Assembly (NCBI RefSeq): GCF_009914755.1
Contig: NC_060941.1
Length of the DNA: 64,000 bases
From: the human T2T-CHM13v2.0 reference genome, Homo sapiens
Reading direction: 5' to 3' (one strand)
How positions within the stretch are numbered: the stretch's first letter is position 1; the number at the start of each line of letters is the position of its first letter. The notes below the pieces were generated by a model, which was not told the origin of the DNA, searched no databases, and saw only the letters and a list, made by a program, of their open reading frames with translations. Made by a program: the position numbers and the translations under genes. Below, piece by piece: positions 1 through 16,368 of this stretch.

Positions 1-71
1 AGGACATCCACACCAAAACCCCATCTGTAGGTCACCATCATCAAAGACCAAAGGTAGATAAAACCACAAAG

Positions 72-1093
72 ATGAGAAGAAACCTGAGCAGAAAAGCTGA
101 AAATTCTAAAAACCAGAGCCTCTTCTCCTACAAAGGATCACAGCTCCTCGCCAGCAATGGAACAAAGCTGGATGGAGAGTGACTTTCACAAGTTGACAGA
201 AGTAGGCTTCAGAAGGTCAGTAATAACAAACTTCTCCAAGCTAAAGGAGGATGTTCGAACCCATCGCAAAGAAGCTAAAAACCTTGAAAAAAGATTAGAT
301 GAATGGCTAACTAGAATAAACAGTGTAGAGAAGACCTTAAATGACCTGATGGAGCTGAAAACCATGGCACAAGAACTACGTGACGCATGCACAAGCTTCA
401 GTAGCCGATTCGATCAAGTGGAAGAAAGGGTATCAGTGATTGAAGATCCAATGAACGAAATAAAGCAAGAAGAGAAATTTAGAGAAAAAAGAGTAGAAAG
501 AAATGAACTAAGCCTCCAAGAAATATGGGACTATGTGAAAAGACCATCTATGTTTGATTGGTGTACCTGAAAGCGACGGGGAAAATGGAACCAAGTTGGA
601 AAACACTCTTCAGGATATTATCCAGGAGAACTTCCCCAACCTAGCAAGGCAGGCCGACATTCAAATTCAGGAAATACAGAGAACACCACAAAGATACTCC
701 TTGAGAAGATCAACCTCAAGACACATAATTGTCAGATTCACCAAGGTTGAAATGAAGGAAGAAATTTTAAGGGCAGCCAGAAAGAAAGGTCGGGTTACCC
801 ACAAAGGGAAGCCCATCAGACTAACAGTGGATCTCTTGGCAGAAACCCTACAAGCCAGAAGAGAGTGGGGGCCAATATTCAACATTCTTAAAGAAAAGAA
901 TTTTCAACCCAGAATTTCATATCCAGCTAAACTAAGCTTCATAAGTGAAGGAAAAATAAAATCCTTTACAGACAAGCAAATGCTGAGAGATTTTGTCACC
1001 ACCAGGCCTGCCTTACAAGAGTTCCTGAAGGAAGCACTGAACATGGAAAGGAACAACTGGTACCAGCCACTGCAAAAACATGCCAAATTGTAA
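72..1093 (+). pseudogene. L1 ORF1p (RNA-binding chaperone), frameshifted
   Basis: ATG at 72; ORF-track pieces 157-570 (coiled coil) and 554-1093 (IGVPE...RRM/CTD...YQPLQKHAKL); small deletions near 120 and 547 break the frame. Confidence 0.93.
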
Positions 1094-1156
1094 AGACCAT
1101 CAATGCTAGGAAGAAACTGCATCAACTAACGAGCACAATAACCAGCTGACATCATA

Positions 1157-4945
<3,789 letters not shown>

Positions 4946-5160
4946 ACAATGAGAACACTTGGACACAGGAAAGGGAACATCGCACACACCGGGGCCTGTT
5001 GTGGAGTGGGAGGAGTGGGAAGGGATAGCATTAGGAGAAATACCTAATGTAAATGATAAGTTAATGGGTGCAGCACACCAATATGGCACATGTATACATA
5101 TGTAACAAACCTGCATGTTGTTCACATGTACCCTAGAACTTAAAGTATAAAAAAAAAAAA

Positions 5161-5245
5161 TGGAAAGACCGTTCTTAGTCAAGGGCCATACAAAATCAGG
5201 CTACAGGCCAGATTTGGCCCATAGGGCTTAGTTTGCTGACCCCTG
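5161..5245 (-). mobile_element. MER58B-like hAT DNA transposon fragment (target of the L1 insertion)
   Basis: GGCCAGATTTGGCCCATAGGGCTTAGTTTGCTGACCCCTG matches the MER58 terminus; abuts the L1 poly(A). Confidence 0.7.
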
Positions 5246-5249
5246 GTTT

Positions 5250-5908
5250 ATACCACTTATATTTAATGTGATTGCTTTGTTAGGTTTAAAAATATATCAT
5301 CTTGTTATTTTTTAAAAAATAAAAAAATAATAAATTATAAAAATATATAACTACTAATTCAAATGTAATAATTAACTATTCTATTCTTTTGCATATAGCA
5401 GCCTTTTTTGGTCTGATTGACTAAATTCTGAAAGTCACATGTTGTTAAGGTTATAACATCAAGGTTGTATCAACGGCTTCTCGTCTTTTAAGTAGCTAAG
5501 CTTTATACTTCTCAATATTATATATTTTTGCTACATAAAGTTTTAGAACTCCTGTCCAGACTTAATTTTTCTTGTTTTGAATTTTTCATTAATAACAAAT
5601 AAACTTTTGTTTCCATTTAATGCTTTTAGTCTTAAATTTCATTTTGTGTGATATTTGTATTAAACTCTGGGTTTATTTTTGTCGCATTTTTCCGAGATAT
5701 CATTTCCCATCTCATTGTTTTTAGTTGTTCTGTGCCATTTTGTTTTAGGTGTCTTTCCTGTGAACAGTATGTAGTTGAAATTTGCCTTGTTACCCAATCT
5801 GAGAATTCTGTCTTCTAATCAGAAGTTTAATCTATGTGTATTCTCAGTGTGATAACCAGTAAATCTGGGCACATGTTCGCCACAGTATTATGTGCTTTCT
5901 ATTTTATG
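5250..5908 (-). mobile_element. Ancient L1M fragment, antisense
   Basis: T-rich degenerate sequence with L1M-type motifs such as CCCAATCTGAGAATTCTGTCTTCTAAT. Confidence 0.45.
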
Positions 5909-5914
5909 AGTGTC

Positions 5915-6285
5915 CGTCTTAGTCTTCTTAGGCTGCTATAACAGAAATATCATAGACTGGGTGCCTTCAACAACATTTATTTATTATCTCCATTCTGGAA
6001 GCTGGAAGTACAAGCCCAGGGAGCCAGCATGGTTGGGTTCTTGGGGAGGGTCCTCTTGCTGGCTTATGGACAGCAGCCTTCTTGCTGTTTCTCACATGGC
6101 AGAAAGAGGAAGTGCTGGTGTCTCTTCCTCTTCTCATAAGGACTCATGAGAAGGCCTCACCCTTGTGGCTTCATGTAAGCCTAATTATCTCTCAAAGGTC
6201 CCACCTCCAAATAACATCACAATGGGTGTTTAGGGCTTCAACATATGAATTTGAGGGGTTGCGCACAAGCATTTAACCCGTAACA
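5915..6285 (-). mobile_element. MLT1A-type MaLR solo LTR
   Basis: GTCTTAGTC...GGCTGCTATAACAGAAATATCATAGACTGGGTG...GGGCTTCAACATATGAATTT is the reverse complement of an MLT1A-like LTR. Confidence 0.8.
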
Positions 6286-6689
6286 GCATCTTCATACTTT
6301 GGCCATCTTTCTAGATCTAGTTGTTTCTTCTACCTGGTCTTTCCACATTCCACCTACCTGCCTTACAGAGAAAGAGCCTTGTAGCTGAGAGAATGTCTCA
6401 GAAAGAAAAATAGGTCCACCCTAGCTGTTTTCTCCTGTTGACTTGTCCCTGCACCTCCCAGCACTGATGCTCCTGGGAGCTATGGATCCTGGCATTTAAA
6501 GGGATCCATGGAGCCAACATCCAACTCTTCATGGCCTCCAATCCCTGCCACACACCCTCACACCCACATAAACAGTTTAGGGGCTTATTCCAAGCTCCCA
6601 TTTACACTGACTTCCCATAATACTCAACAGTGTGATGAGCCAAATAAGGTAGGCTCTGAAAAGTTGAATCTGTGTGGCCAGTCCTAATT

Positions 6690-6800
6690 CTGCACTGGTA
6701 GCTTGAAATTGGCCAAGGCAGGTGCATTTACACCACTTAGTGTAAGTGCCCCAAATTCGGGCTTTAGTTTTCCAGAAAGCCAGTTTACCAGCTCACCTCT
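6690..6800. mobile_element. MER63-like hAT fragment
   Basis: TGGTAGCTTGAAATTGGCCAAGGCAGGTGCATTTACACCAC resembles the MER63 core. Confidence 0.45.
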
Positions 6801-9140
6801 GCCAATACCCACATTTTCTAATGGAGGAGAGGAGAGGAAAGGGGAGGGGAGGAATTTTCTAAATAAGAGAAATTATGACGTTATCTTTTGCCACTTCTTC
6901 TGTGCTGTCTCAAAACTTCTTCCGACTTTGTAACATGTTGATGGAACCTTTTCTTCATTTTCAGTGCAGATGCTGTGTTTTCCTAATCTTCATGACCCTT
7001 TGGTAATTTAACTTGGTGTCTGAATGCGGGGTAGGGACGTATCTTTGAAATCATGTTGTCATATATTTCAGAAGTCCTTGTGACATGTCTTCATTCCATT
7101 ATCTATGCAAATCATGGGCAGAATTACACAGATCCCTGTTTGCTGCTTTAATTATCCCTTCTCAGCCAAATAGCACTTGCTCTGCCACTAATGATTCTAA
7201 TCTGAACTGGGAATTGATGTTGACAAAACACAAGCTGTTTAGTTTTTGCAAAGGCTTATCAAATCTCCTACTGAAAACAGAAGTTTTACTGGATATCCAG
7301 AATCGAAGCCCCATTTATTGGAAAATATTCCAGCTGATAAGCAAGAGAGCCAATAAGAAATATCCCTGGGAAGGCAGGAGGGAATTCACAGGATCATAAA
7401 AATATAACCACAGTTACATCACTGAGATAAGAGCTAATCTAAGTTATAAGGTTGTCCCTTGTGAAAACATGACAAAATAATAATTAAGTGTACATGCCTT
7501 GCGAATGTTCTCCACTGTTAAAATAGCGCCTCTATTTAGGGCAGCTTGTAAAGGGAACTGGGTATGTTTAGAGCTTAGAAAAGCATACAGTTGGAATATG
7601 AAAAAAAGAGAGAGATTATGGCAATTTTGTAAATCAAGAAGAATTTGTAGTGGGAGATAGGGAGCCACTGAAGGTTTTTAAGCAGGAAAACAATGCAATA
7701 AAAGATGTAATTAAGGAAGATTAGTCTGGCAGTATTAGGGCAAGATCTATCTTAAGTTCCTTATAAAAAACAAAAATAGAATTAGTAATGAGTTAACCCC
7801 CCAACCCCACCACCAAAAAAACAAAAAAAAGAGAGAGAGAGGAAAAGCATCAAATCTCTTCTACTTTTCGTAGGCAGTTAAGGTAGCACATAGACTGGGA
7901 AGTACTCAAAGAGTCTTGCAAAACTTTCTCAGCTTATTAAGTTAAATTACTTCTTTGCTCTCATTTGGTATTCATGAATGTTAAAACAAGTTCCGTAACA
8001 GTGCACTCAAAGTCTCCAGGCAGTCCAGGGACCTCTTGAAGACTTCTTTTCATGCTGTTCCATTGTTGCAGCCAATGAGCACTGTCAGCCAACAGCCCAC
8101 ATGCCATCTGATCCTCCCATTGTCCTGTTTTCAGAAACAGTTTAAATCTCATCCACTCTTATGAAAATGAAGGAATAGGGGCCCATGTCTTCTAATTCTC
8201 ATTCAAGAGTCACTAGACTGCAGTAAAAATCCAACCAATGATACCACAATGACTCAGGGCTCTTGTAGGCTTAGCACATGAAGGAAATGGACGGTGCCAA
8301 TTGTGACAGAGTTCATCCAAGGAACAGATACGACCTAAAAGACACCAGCCAAACTGCTATTTCTCAAAAGGACAATGTTCCTGCCTTGAGCGCCTGTCCC
8401 ACTTTGTCTGCATTGTCTGCCTCCTACCCAAGACCCAGCGAAAGTTTCCCCTTGTTGGTGAATTCTCAGATTCTCCAGCTCATAGCAATCCTTGACCTTC
8501 TGAACTATCATGGATTTTGACTAGACCACAAAATTGCATTGAGCTTATATATTTCCTAAATGGTTATTTCTTTTCATGTGTAAATTCTCTCTCCAACTAC
8601 AATAAAAACTCCTTAAAAAGAGAAACCATGTCTTACATGTCATATGTCATCCAAGTTCAGTGGCATAGGAAGAAGATGGAGATATTGAGGCTGAACTCTG
8701 TCTCCAAAATCCTGTGTTCCAAATTATGCTCACCATGGTGAAGATGTTTGCAAGTCTCCCAAGCCTCAAACCCTACAATTTATTTTTCAGTCTTAGTAGA
8801 TGTCCTTGCTTTCCTTTGTTTTTCCTAAAAAAATAGAGTTCACACAAATTAAGTTCCCACAATTCCCTTCCACTCCACTTCATGATTTTTATTTTCCTCC
8901 TCTGCTTTTTTCAGAAGAAGGCTTGTTTCTTCTTGGCAAAACTGGTTGCTTCCTTTTGGAATTTGATTCAACAGTTACTCTACTTTTTAGCCCAGTATCT
9001 TCAATCCATCCTGCTTCTGCTATAAACATCACAAGTTTCCCTACTTTTTTCTTTGTTAGCATTTTTACTGTTTTCCTTAGAAAAGCTTTCCCCAAAGCCA
9101 ATTTTTAAAAGTAGTATGTACTCACTCACTACTTCCTCTC

Positions 9141-9260
9141 TTCTATTATCTATGAACTCCTTGACTTTTCTCAATTTGAGTTTTGATAAAAGAACTTCAA
9201 GAGGGTTCTGATGAAAGAACTCAAGAATGAGAAAAGTCAAGGAGTTCATAGATAATAGAA
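9141..9260. repeat. Perfect 33-bp inverted repeat with an imperfectly self-complementary 54-nt spacer (long hairpin)
   Basis: 9141-9173 TTCTATTATCTATGAACTCCTTGACTTTTCTCA is the exact reverse complement of 9228-9260. Confidence 0.97.
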
Positions 9261-9339
9261 TTAACTCCTGATTAATTGAAGCTGTTCCCTTGGAATGTCC
9301 AGTTCAAGCTCAGAACTGGAATCCTGTGTTTAACTCCCC

Positions 9340-9951
9340 TGAACATGGAAATTAATCACCCAGATCCGCCACCAAAGAGGACTTCCTGTGCATACATGGG
9401 GCATGTGGTCCACCAGCCTCTCCCAGCTGTCAGCTCTTTCAGAACCTGCTGCAGCTGGGCCGCCTGTCTAAGATCACAGCTTTCTCAGGCAGCCCACATC
9501 TAAGGTGGCCAGATGAAGCACAAAACACCCAGTTCAATTTGGCTTCCAGATAAACAATGGATAGTTTAATTTTTTATGATAAGTACACCACAGGCAATAT
9601 TTGAGACATACTCCTATTTTTAAAATATTCATTGTTTATTTGAAAAGTTGAACTGGGCATTCTGTATTTTAACTTGCTATATCTGGCAACTCTACCCATC
9701 CAATGACTCAGTGAGGTAAGAGCAGAAGGGCCAGGACCTTCGGACCCAAAGAGGGTCAGCTGTGTTGGGCAACACTGGCTCCAGACCTCCATGAAGGGTT
9801 GGCAAAGCTTTGTCCCACCAGCATTGCATTTGCCTTTTTCTTCTCCACAATCCTGCTTCCTTCTCTTCCTTAGGAGGGGGATAAACCACTAAAGCATCTC
9901 TAAACCATACTCTGTCTTAGCATCTTTGCTCAGGGAACTCATCCTGAGACA
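9340..9951 (+). mobile_element. LTR16A-like ERVL solo LTR, split by MER53
   Basis: CAGCCCACATC|CAATGACT, GCTCCAGACCTCC...GGGTTGGCAAAGCTTTG, CAATCCTGCTTCC, and a 3' end GGGAACTCATCCTGAGACA. Confidence 0.65.
9501..9694. mobile_element. MER53 palindromic MITE
   Basis: Termini AGGTGGCCAGAT...ATCTGGCAACTCT; internal ATAAACAATG versus CATTGTTTAT self-complementarity. Confidence 0.8.
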
Positions 9952-9988
9952 TCTCTCCTGAGACAGGGAACTCATCCTGAGACATCTC
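9931..9988. repeat. 25-bp perfect direct duplication with a templated 8-bp spacer
   Basis: CAGGGAACTCATCCTGAGACATCTC at 9931-9955 and 9964-9988; spacer TCCTGAGA is itself part of the unit. Confidence 0.9.
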
Positions 9989-10109
9989 CTTTTAAATGTC
10001 CACAGAAAGATAAAATGAGGTATAATATAATTTGAACTCCAGAAATCAAGGGAGGGGAACCAGCAGGAGGTAATAATCAGGCATTCCTCTAATCTATGCA
10101 TGTGAAGGA

Positions 10110-10790
10110 AAAAGCATTCTGGGTAACAAATGAACAGTATTCCCAGAAGACCAAAATATGCTAAGTAGAAAACAACTGGAATAATTAGTAATCAAAGAAA
10201 AGCAAATAAATATCATTGAACGATCATTTTTTTACCCAAAAAGTTGGTAAAAATAAAGAAGGAATATATCCAGTATTGTTGAGTATATGATAAAGTAACC
10301 AATTGTATGTTTTGCTAGTAAAAGTATGAAGTGGTAGAAGCTTTCTAGAAGGCAAAGATTATATCATGTACATATCCTTGAATCTAGGGAATTTATGCCT
10401 AGATATTTAACCTAAGGAAATAATCAAACATATGTACAACCACATATGAACAAAACTTTAAAATCTCAAAAAATTAAAAACTACCAATAAGGAATGGGTC
10501 AAATAAATTATAGCAGTTCTATTACAACCAGAATAACTTGAAGTCATTTTAAATTACCATTTGTGTATATTCATTGACATGGAAAAATTTTATGATATAT
10601 TGTTATATGAAAAACTGATTTCATATTTATATATATGATGTCCCATTTTTGTTTACAAAAACACAGATTTATATTTTTTGAAAAATAATTATAAATTTTA
10701 AGTGCTTATATTTGAATGGTGGTATTATAAGTGTTTTTTTGTAATTTGTAATTTTTTCTATGATAAATAATACTATTTGTATGATTTAAC
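10110..10790 (+). mobile_element. Ancient L1ME-type 3' region
   Basis: A-rich degenerate L1M 3' motifs (TCTAGGGAATTTATGCCTAG, TTGACATGGAAAAAT). Confidence 0.55.
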
Positions 10791-10899
10791 AAATACTTTG
10801 CTCTACACTATATGCACCAAAGCCTTCAGATTTTTTCGCCTTGACGTCACCTTTTTATTTTTTCTTTTTTACCTTTCTGTAACATTTTATATATTAAAT

Positions 10900-11340
10900 A
10901 CTTAACTCTCTAGAATCCTTTTCCACCTTCTTAAACTCTCTTCCTTAGTTCTTTTTCCTTTTCCCTTTATGTTGATATTTCCCAATATTGTGTCATCAGA
11001 TCTTTTCTCTGTTTTCTATCTGCATGACTTACATTATTGTCTATATGCAGATAACTCAAACATCTGAGTCTCAGCAACACTGACGTCCCTCAAGAGCATG
11101 TGAAACCCTAGTTCCAAATGCCCACTGACTTCTAGATTCAAACATTTATACTGCACCTGCTATGTTCGGGAAATAGAGCCTAGAGAAGAGGCTGCAAAGA
11201 CAAGGAGAGCCCACAAATCTCCACCAAGAAACACTGGATCTGCCAATTTCAAAATATTTCACCTTTTCCCAAGTCAATTCTTCTTCCTGATCTTTCTTTT
11301 TCTGCTACCAGCACAACTATCATTTTAGTTGCCCGGCCAT
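10900..11340 (+). mobile_element. L2 LINE fragment
   Basis: CTATATGCAGATAACTCAAACATCT resembles the L2 YADD-region remnant; pyrimidine-rich. Confidence 0.5.
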
Positions 11341-11396
11341 GCCTATAGCAGTAATTAATTAATTAGCTCACTTAGCAAGTGAGGGATCTGATAAAA

Positions 11397-11575
11397 TAGT
11401 GGTACTCAGACTCAGCTATGTATGAGAATCACACAGGAAGCTTCAAAAAATACTGACGCTTATTTCCCACCCCAGAGATTCTGATTTAATTGGTCTGGTA
11501 TCCCAACTGGGCAGTAAGAGTTTTATCCCCTCCCCAGGTGGTTTCTAATTTCAGCAAGAATTAAAAGTCACTGTG
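11397..11575. mobile_element. MER5-family hAT MITE
   Basis: AGAATCAC...CCCCAGAGATTCTGATTTAATTGGTCTGG...CCCCAGGTGGTTTCTAAT. Confidence 0.7.
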
Positions 11576-12224
11576 CTAGACACAGAAAGAGCAGCATATA
11601 ATGACTGATTGTGTGATGGGAGGAAAACAGTCAAAACTTTTTTAAAAAATACACTTACTTCTTAGTGATATCATCTGAGTTAAATATATATTCCCTGGAT
11701 GGCAGAAGCTCAATCAGCTTTCCTAGTGCACTTGTCTCTTTATTCAACTCAACTCCAGCCTTTATAATATTTCCAGAATGCATGGAGAGAATATAGCCAT
11801 ACTGTCATTTAGGCATTCCCATGCTCTGACCCACGCAGTCTTTGCTGTTATTGTTCCACACACACATCAGTTAAACAGGACTACCCATTGCTCCCTAGAC
11901 ATTGTCTCCAATCTAACTCTGCCTTTGCCCTTACTATTCCTCCCACCTTAACCATCCTTCACTCCCACCTCAATCAATCACAACTCCACCAATCCATTAG
12001 CTCTAACGATTGATGGTGAACCAACCTTGATAGCATGCCCCTCTGTATGCCCAGGAGTAATTCCTCACTCTCCTTAACTCCAAAGCACCCCTTATTATAC
12101 TTAACAAACTCTGTCTATGGAAAAGTTATGAGTACCCTCATCATATACTTCCAATCAGATTTTAAGCTACCTGAAGGCCAAAGGTAAGATCTCTTATTTC
12201 TACGTACAGGAATGAAGGAGGGAA

Positions 12225-12620
12225 AGCTGAGGGCTCCAGAGTCATCCTGCCTGAGTTTATACCCAAACTCTGCCAATCATACACAGAGTGTGTGATGTTT
12301 AGGCAAGCAACTTACCTTCTGAACCTGTTTCCTCCTCCTTTGAATGAAGATAACAATAGGACACACAAGATTGTTATGAAGGTAAAATAAATAAATAAAT
12401 ATATATATTTATATATAATTTATATATATTATATATCTATATAATTATTTATATATATTTATATAATTTATATATATTATATATTTATATAATTATTTGT
12501 ATATATTTATATAATTTATATATATTATATATTTATATAATTATTTATATATATATAATTTATATATATTATATATTATATAATATATATATGTATATAT
12601 AAAGCGCTTAGCACAATAAT
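12225..12620 (+). mobile_element. MIR SINE containing an expanded AT minisatellite
   Basis: MIR core GGCAAGCAACTTACCTTCTGAACCTGTTTCCTC; 3' end AAAGCGCTTAGCACA resumes after the AT tract. Confidence 0.7.
12401..12600. repeat. AT-only minisatellite, ~48-bp unit x ~4
   Basis: ATATATATTTATATAATTTATATATATTATATATTTATATAATTATTT at 12451-12498, a near-identical copy at 12499-12546, variants on either side. Confidence 0.9.
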
Positions 12621-13439
12621 TGCTCCAAATGGCATTGATGATGATGGGAATCAGTGTTTGGGAGTCTAAACTATATCAAGAAAGATATTTGGTTGTGAAG
12701 GTGACAGCATCTCTGTGTAGTAAACAGAAGGCAAATAAAGCTCTTGGATTTGGAAAATGTTTATTATATTTTCTAACATTACTCCCTAGGACAACTCAAG
12801 TTATTATTGCAGTTTCAATTATTCCAGACAGTTAGTCCTGCTTCCTGATAGTATGTAAATTTCCCAGCTTGGTGCCATCTCTAAGGTTCTAAATTTCATT
12901 TTGCACTAACAGCTTTTCCGAAAACTCTGCCACTCGGAGACCCCTGTGTCCTAAATGCTGTTTCTTTGTGGAGTACAATGTTTTTAATCGGGTGAAACAG
13001 TGATGGAGAGCGTGTCAGATTTCCATGCAGGATACACTCATTTGTGAAGCATGCAATCCCGCTGTTAAGACTGCAGTGAACCAAGAGAGCAACAAGCTAT
13101 TTCTACCTAGTGGGCTGATAGCATTACAGCCTCTGGATCTGAAATGAGATCTATTTTAAATTTAATTCATTTTCTGAGGGATACGTAACAAGAGCCTCTT
13201 CTGTATGCACCTGAACCAAAAGACCATAAGCCATACTGACAGCGAGGCAGGGGAATGTGAGGACGCAGAGGCAGCTTCCTCAGGGACTCCCTGTTGCCAG
13301 GCTGCCATCTCTCCCAGCAAAAACAATCTTGCTGTTTTTTATGCCCACTTGAAGTACCAGAGACATAACAAAGAGTGCATCAGTGTGTCGAAGCTGCAAA
13401 CAAACGGATCATCTGCTCTTAGAGTGGCTCTGTAAATTC

Positions 13440-14020
13440 TTTTCTCTCCTTTATCAACTTTCCTCTCTGTGGTGGAACCTTCCTATCAGCACTGAAACAT
13501 GTTCAAGTCCCTCTTATCTTTAAAAGTAAAAATAAAACATAAAAAATCTACCCTTGGTCCCACTCCCTCCTCCAGGGACTGCTCCACTTCCTCATCCCCT
13601 TCAAAAGGCTTGAACCTGCTCTCTACATTCACCGTGTGCCTTCCTCATGCCTCATGCATATTTCAAACCACCTCAACACAGATGGCTTCCAAATCTTCAT
13701 CCTCTGACCTCATGAGAACCATGCTGAGGTCACTAATGACTTCCAGGTAGCTAAATCCATTCCTCAGCTTATGTGGCACAATTAACCAGGAGCTTCTTCT
13801 TTTCAGGAGCGCTTGATCACATCCAATTACCAACGACCCCTCACTTGATGTCCTCAGCCCACCCAGACCTCCCCTCTGAGTAGCCCATATCCAAATGCTG
13901 ACTCCACCTCTTCTACCTGCATTCTCAAAATCTCTGCAAAACATCTTCCAAACTAGCTGTCACCTCCACTGCTTAAGTGATCACACCAGATACCCAAGAG
14001 ACATCCTTGACCCTTCCCTT
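13440..14020 (+). mobile_element. L2 LINE fragment
   Basis: GAGGTCACTAATGACTTCCAGGTAGCTAAATCCA and other L2 motifs. Confidence 0.55.
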
Positions 14021-14581
14021 GCTGTGGTCCACGCTAACCATTGCAGGGCCCAGAATAAGAATATGTGTGGCGCTCATATGCATACGTGTAGCTTTTATGT
14101 TTGTGTAAAGAATCAGTGTCACACTTCATTCATGTTGGGTCTAAACCAGAGTCGCATGAGTTGTAAAGTGTAGCAAAATATCCCTCAGCTGCCATGCAAA
14201 ATCACTCCAGAGACCACACTAACTTAGGAGTATCCCAGCGCTAAGCAAAACAATGAAGGGGGATACTGAACACATTGAGAAATTGCACTTCGTTTCACTC
14301 ATGTAATAGACTAGATAAAGATTTTGACAAGTCCATTAATTCATCTTTTCTTTTATGGAGGCATTTGCTCTGCTCAGATCCTTCCTGCACTGGAGAGCAG
14401 TGTTAGCAACAGCACAAGCCAAAGTCTCCACAACATTTAGATACTTTCGTATAGAGGAGCCAGGTTGAAGAGATGGAGAGAAGCATCTCCCTGGAACCTG
14501 GGCAGTCTTAGTCTTGAAAGTGGATGTCTAAGGTTATGGGTAAGTAACTTGCCTGGGCTGAGAGACACCCATTTGTTTATT

Positions 14582-14843
14582 TTTCTTTTTTCTTTTTTTT
14601 TTTTTTTGAGACGGAGTCTCGCTCTGTCGCCCAGGCTGGAGTGCAGTGGCTCGATCTCGGCTCACTGCAAACTCTGCCTCCCAGGTTCACGCCATTCTCC
14701 TGCCTCAGCCTCCCCTAGTAGCTGGGACTACAGGCGCCCGCCACTAATCTTTTGTATTTTTAGTAGAGACGGGGTTTCACCATGTTAGCCAGGATGGTCT
14801 CGATCTCCTGACCTCCTGATCCACCTGCCTCGTCCTTCCAACG
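14582..14843 (-). mobile_element. AluY, 5'-truncated
   Basis: GGTTCACGCCATTCTCC and GTTAGCCAGGATGG diagnostics; TSD CATTTGTTTATT at 14570-14581 and 14844-14855. Confidence 0.9.
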
Positions 14844-14904
14844 CATTTGTTTATTAATACCTTTATTTTTTGTGAGTGTTTGTGAAGTGAGTAGTCCTCT
14901 ACAA

Positions 14905-15082
14905 CAGGAATTGGCAAAATTTTTTGTACATATTTTAGGCTTTCCAGGCCAGAAAGGCCACTGTAGCAAAGAAGTAGCCACAGAATGAATGACTGCAGCT
15001 GTGTTTCAATAAAACTTTATTTAAAGAAAAAATCAGGACAGGGGCCAGCTTTGGCCCATGGGCTGGAGTTTGCCGATCCCTG
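14905..15082 (-). mobile_element. MER58A hAT MITE
   Basis: CAGGAATTGGCAAA...CAATAAAACTTTATTTA...AGTTTGCCGATCCCTG. Confidence 0.75.
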
Positions 15083-15159
15083 GTATAACATATAAGGCGC
15101 AGAGTCGGATCTCTTTTGCCCCAAACTAAGGATAGTATTGCCTTCATTCTCTGCTTCTA

Positions 15160-15750
15160 ATAAATTATCCTGTTCTACTTTACACCTTAAATATGTTTCA
15201 AATCCATGCACTTCTGAACATTTCACCATCACCACCCTGATCAACACTGCTTTTATTTCCCACGTGGGCTGCATTTCGGAATAGCCTCTCAATAGGCTTC
15301 TCATTTCATTTTCACTCACCCACTCTCCTACCTCACCTCTGCAGCTAAGGTGATTTTTCTAAAATGCAAATATGACCACGTTGCTTCTCAACTAAACACT
15401 TTTTCGTACTGTCTCTGAAAATCAAAGCCACAGTTTCAACAAAATCTATCAGCCCCTCAGCAGCCTCAACAAAGGCCTCCCTTCTTCTGGCCCCCTACCC
15501 TCAAGCCGCAGCGACTTGGTTCACATCTTCAGATGCTCAAGTTACCTTCCTTGCCCCATGCTGCCTCCTCACCTTGAAAAACTGTTGCTCCTCTTTATCT
15601 GGGAAATTCTTATCCTTTGCCTGGGGCTCCTCTAAGAAGGGAATTTCTTGGCCTCCCACATCAAGCCTGGCATCATCATTTTTTTTCAGCTACTTACCCC
15701 AGTTTAAAAAAAAAAAAAAGAATTGCTTAAGTCATCAATCGCTGAATAAA
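15160..15750 (+). mobile_element. L2 LINE 3' fragment
   Basis: CACCATCACCACCCTGATC...GTGATTTTTCTAAAATGCAAATATGACCACGTT, typical of L2. Confidence 0.6.
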
Positions 15751-16063
15751 GTACAGGCTCAATGAGGACAGAGCAATACCCTGTTTAGTCCATTGCCAGG
15801 TGCACCCAAATCAAGAACATCTTATTATATGAGGAGGAGTTAAAGAAATGAGAAATGGAGATGGGGGTAGTAGAAGGAGAAGGAGCAGGCACCAAACAGG
15901 GAGGAGAGAAGACAGGGCGAGTCATGCCTTCAAACACATCAAAGTGTTCCAGGTAAAAGTGGCCACAGGCATAGTCTACATGGCTTCAGACAGAGATCAG
16001 CATAGTACCCACAGCTGGAAGTTAATGTGAAGGTTTAAGCCTGGAACTTTTAAGAAATATCTA

Positions 16064-16368
<305 letters not shown>

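Noticed and set aside
7097-7112. Octamer ATGCAAAT with upstream CATTATC resembling a SOX-OCT composite
   Set aside because: The SOX half mismatches and the spacing is off by one; a lone octamer is expected by chance in 64 kb
7961-8152. Minus-strand 63-aa ORF with a possible acceptor and a plus-strand CCAAT box
   Set aside because: Weak polypyrimidine tract, no donor and no recognisable homology; too little to report
9196-9204. Hairpin loop TTCAAGAGG resembles the synthetic shRNA loop TTCAAGAGA
   Set aside because: Only 8 of 9 bases match, the adjacent stem is imperfect, and there is no U6/H1 promoter or vector sequence; treated as coincidence
9501-9694. Second hairpin-forming region (MER53, the family that gave rise to miR-1302)
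   Set aside because: Explained by a known palindromic MITE, and the arms are too decayed here to support a miRNA call
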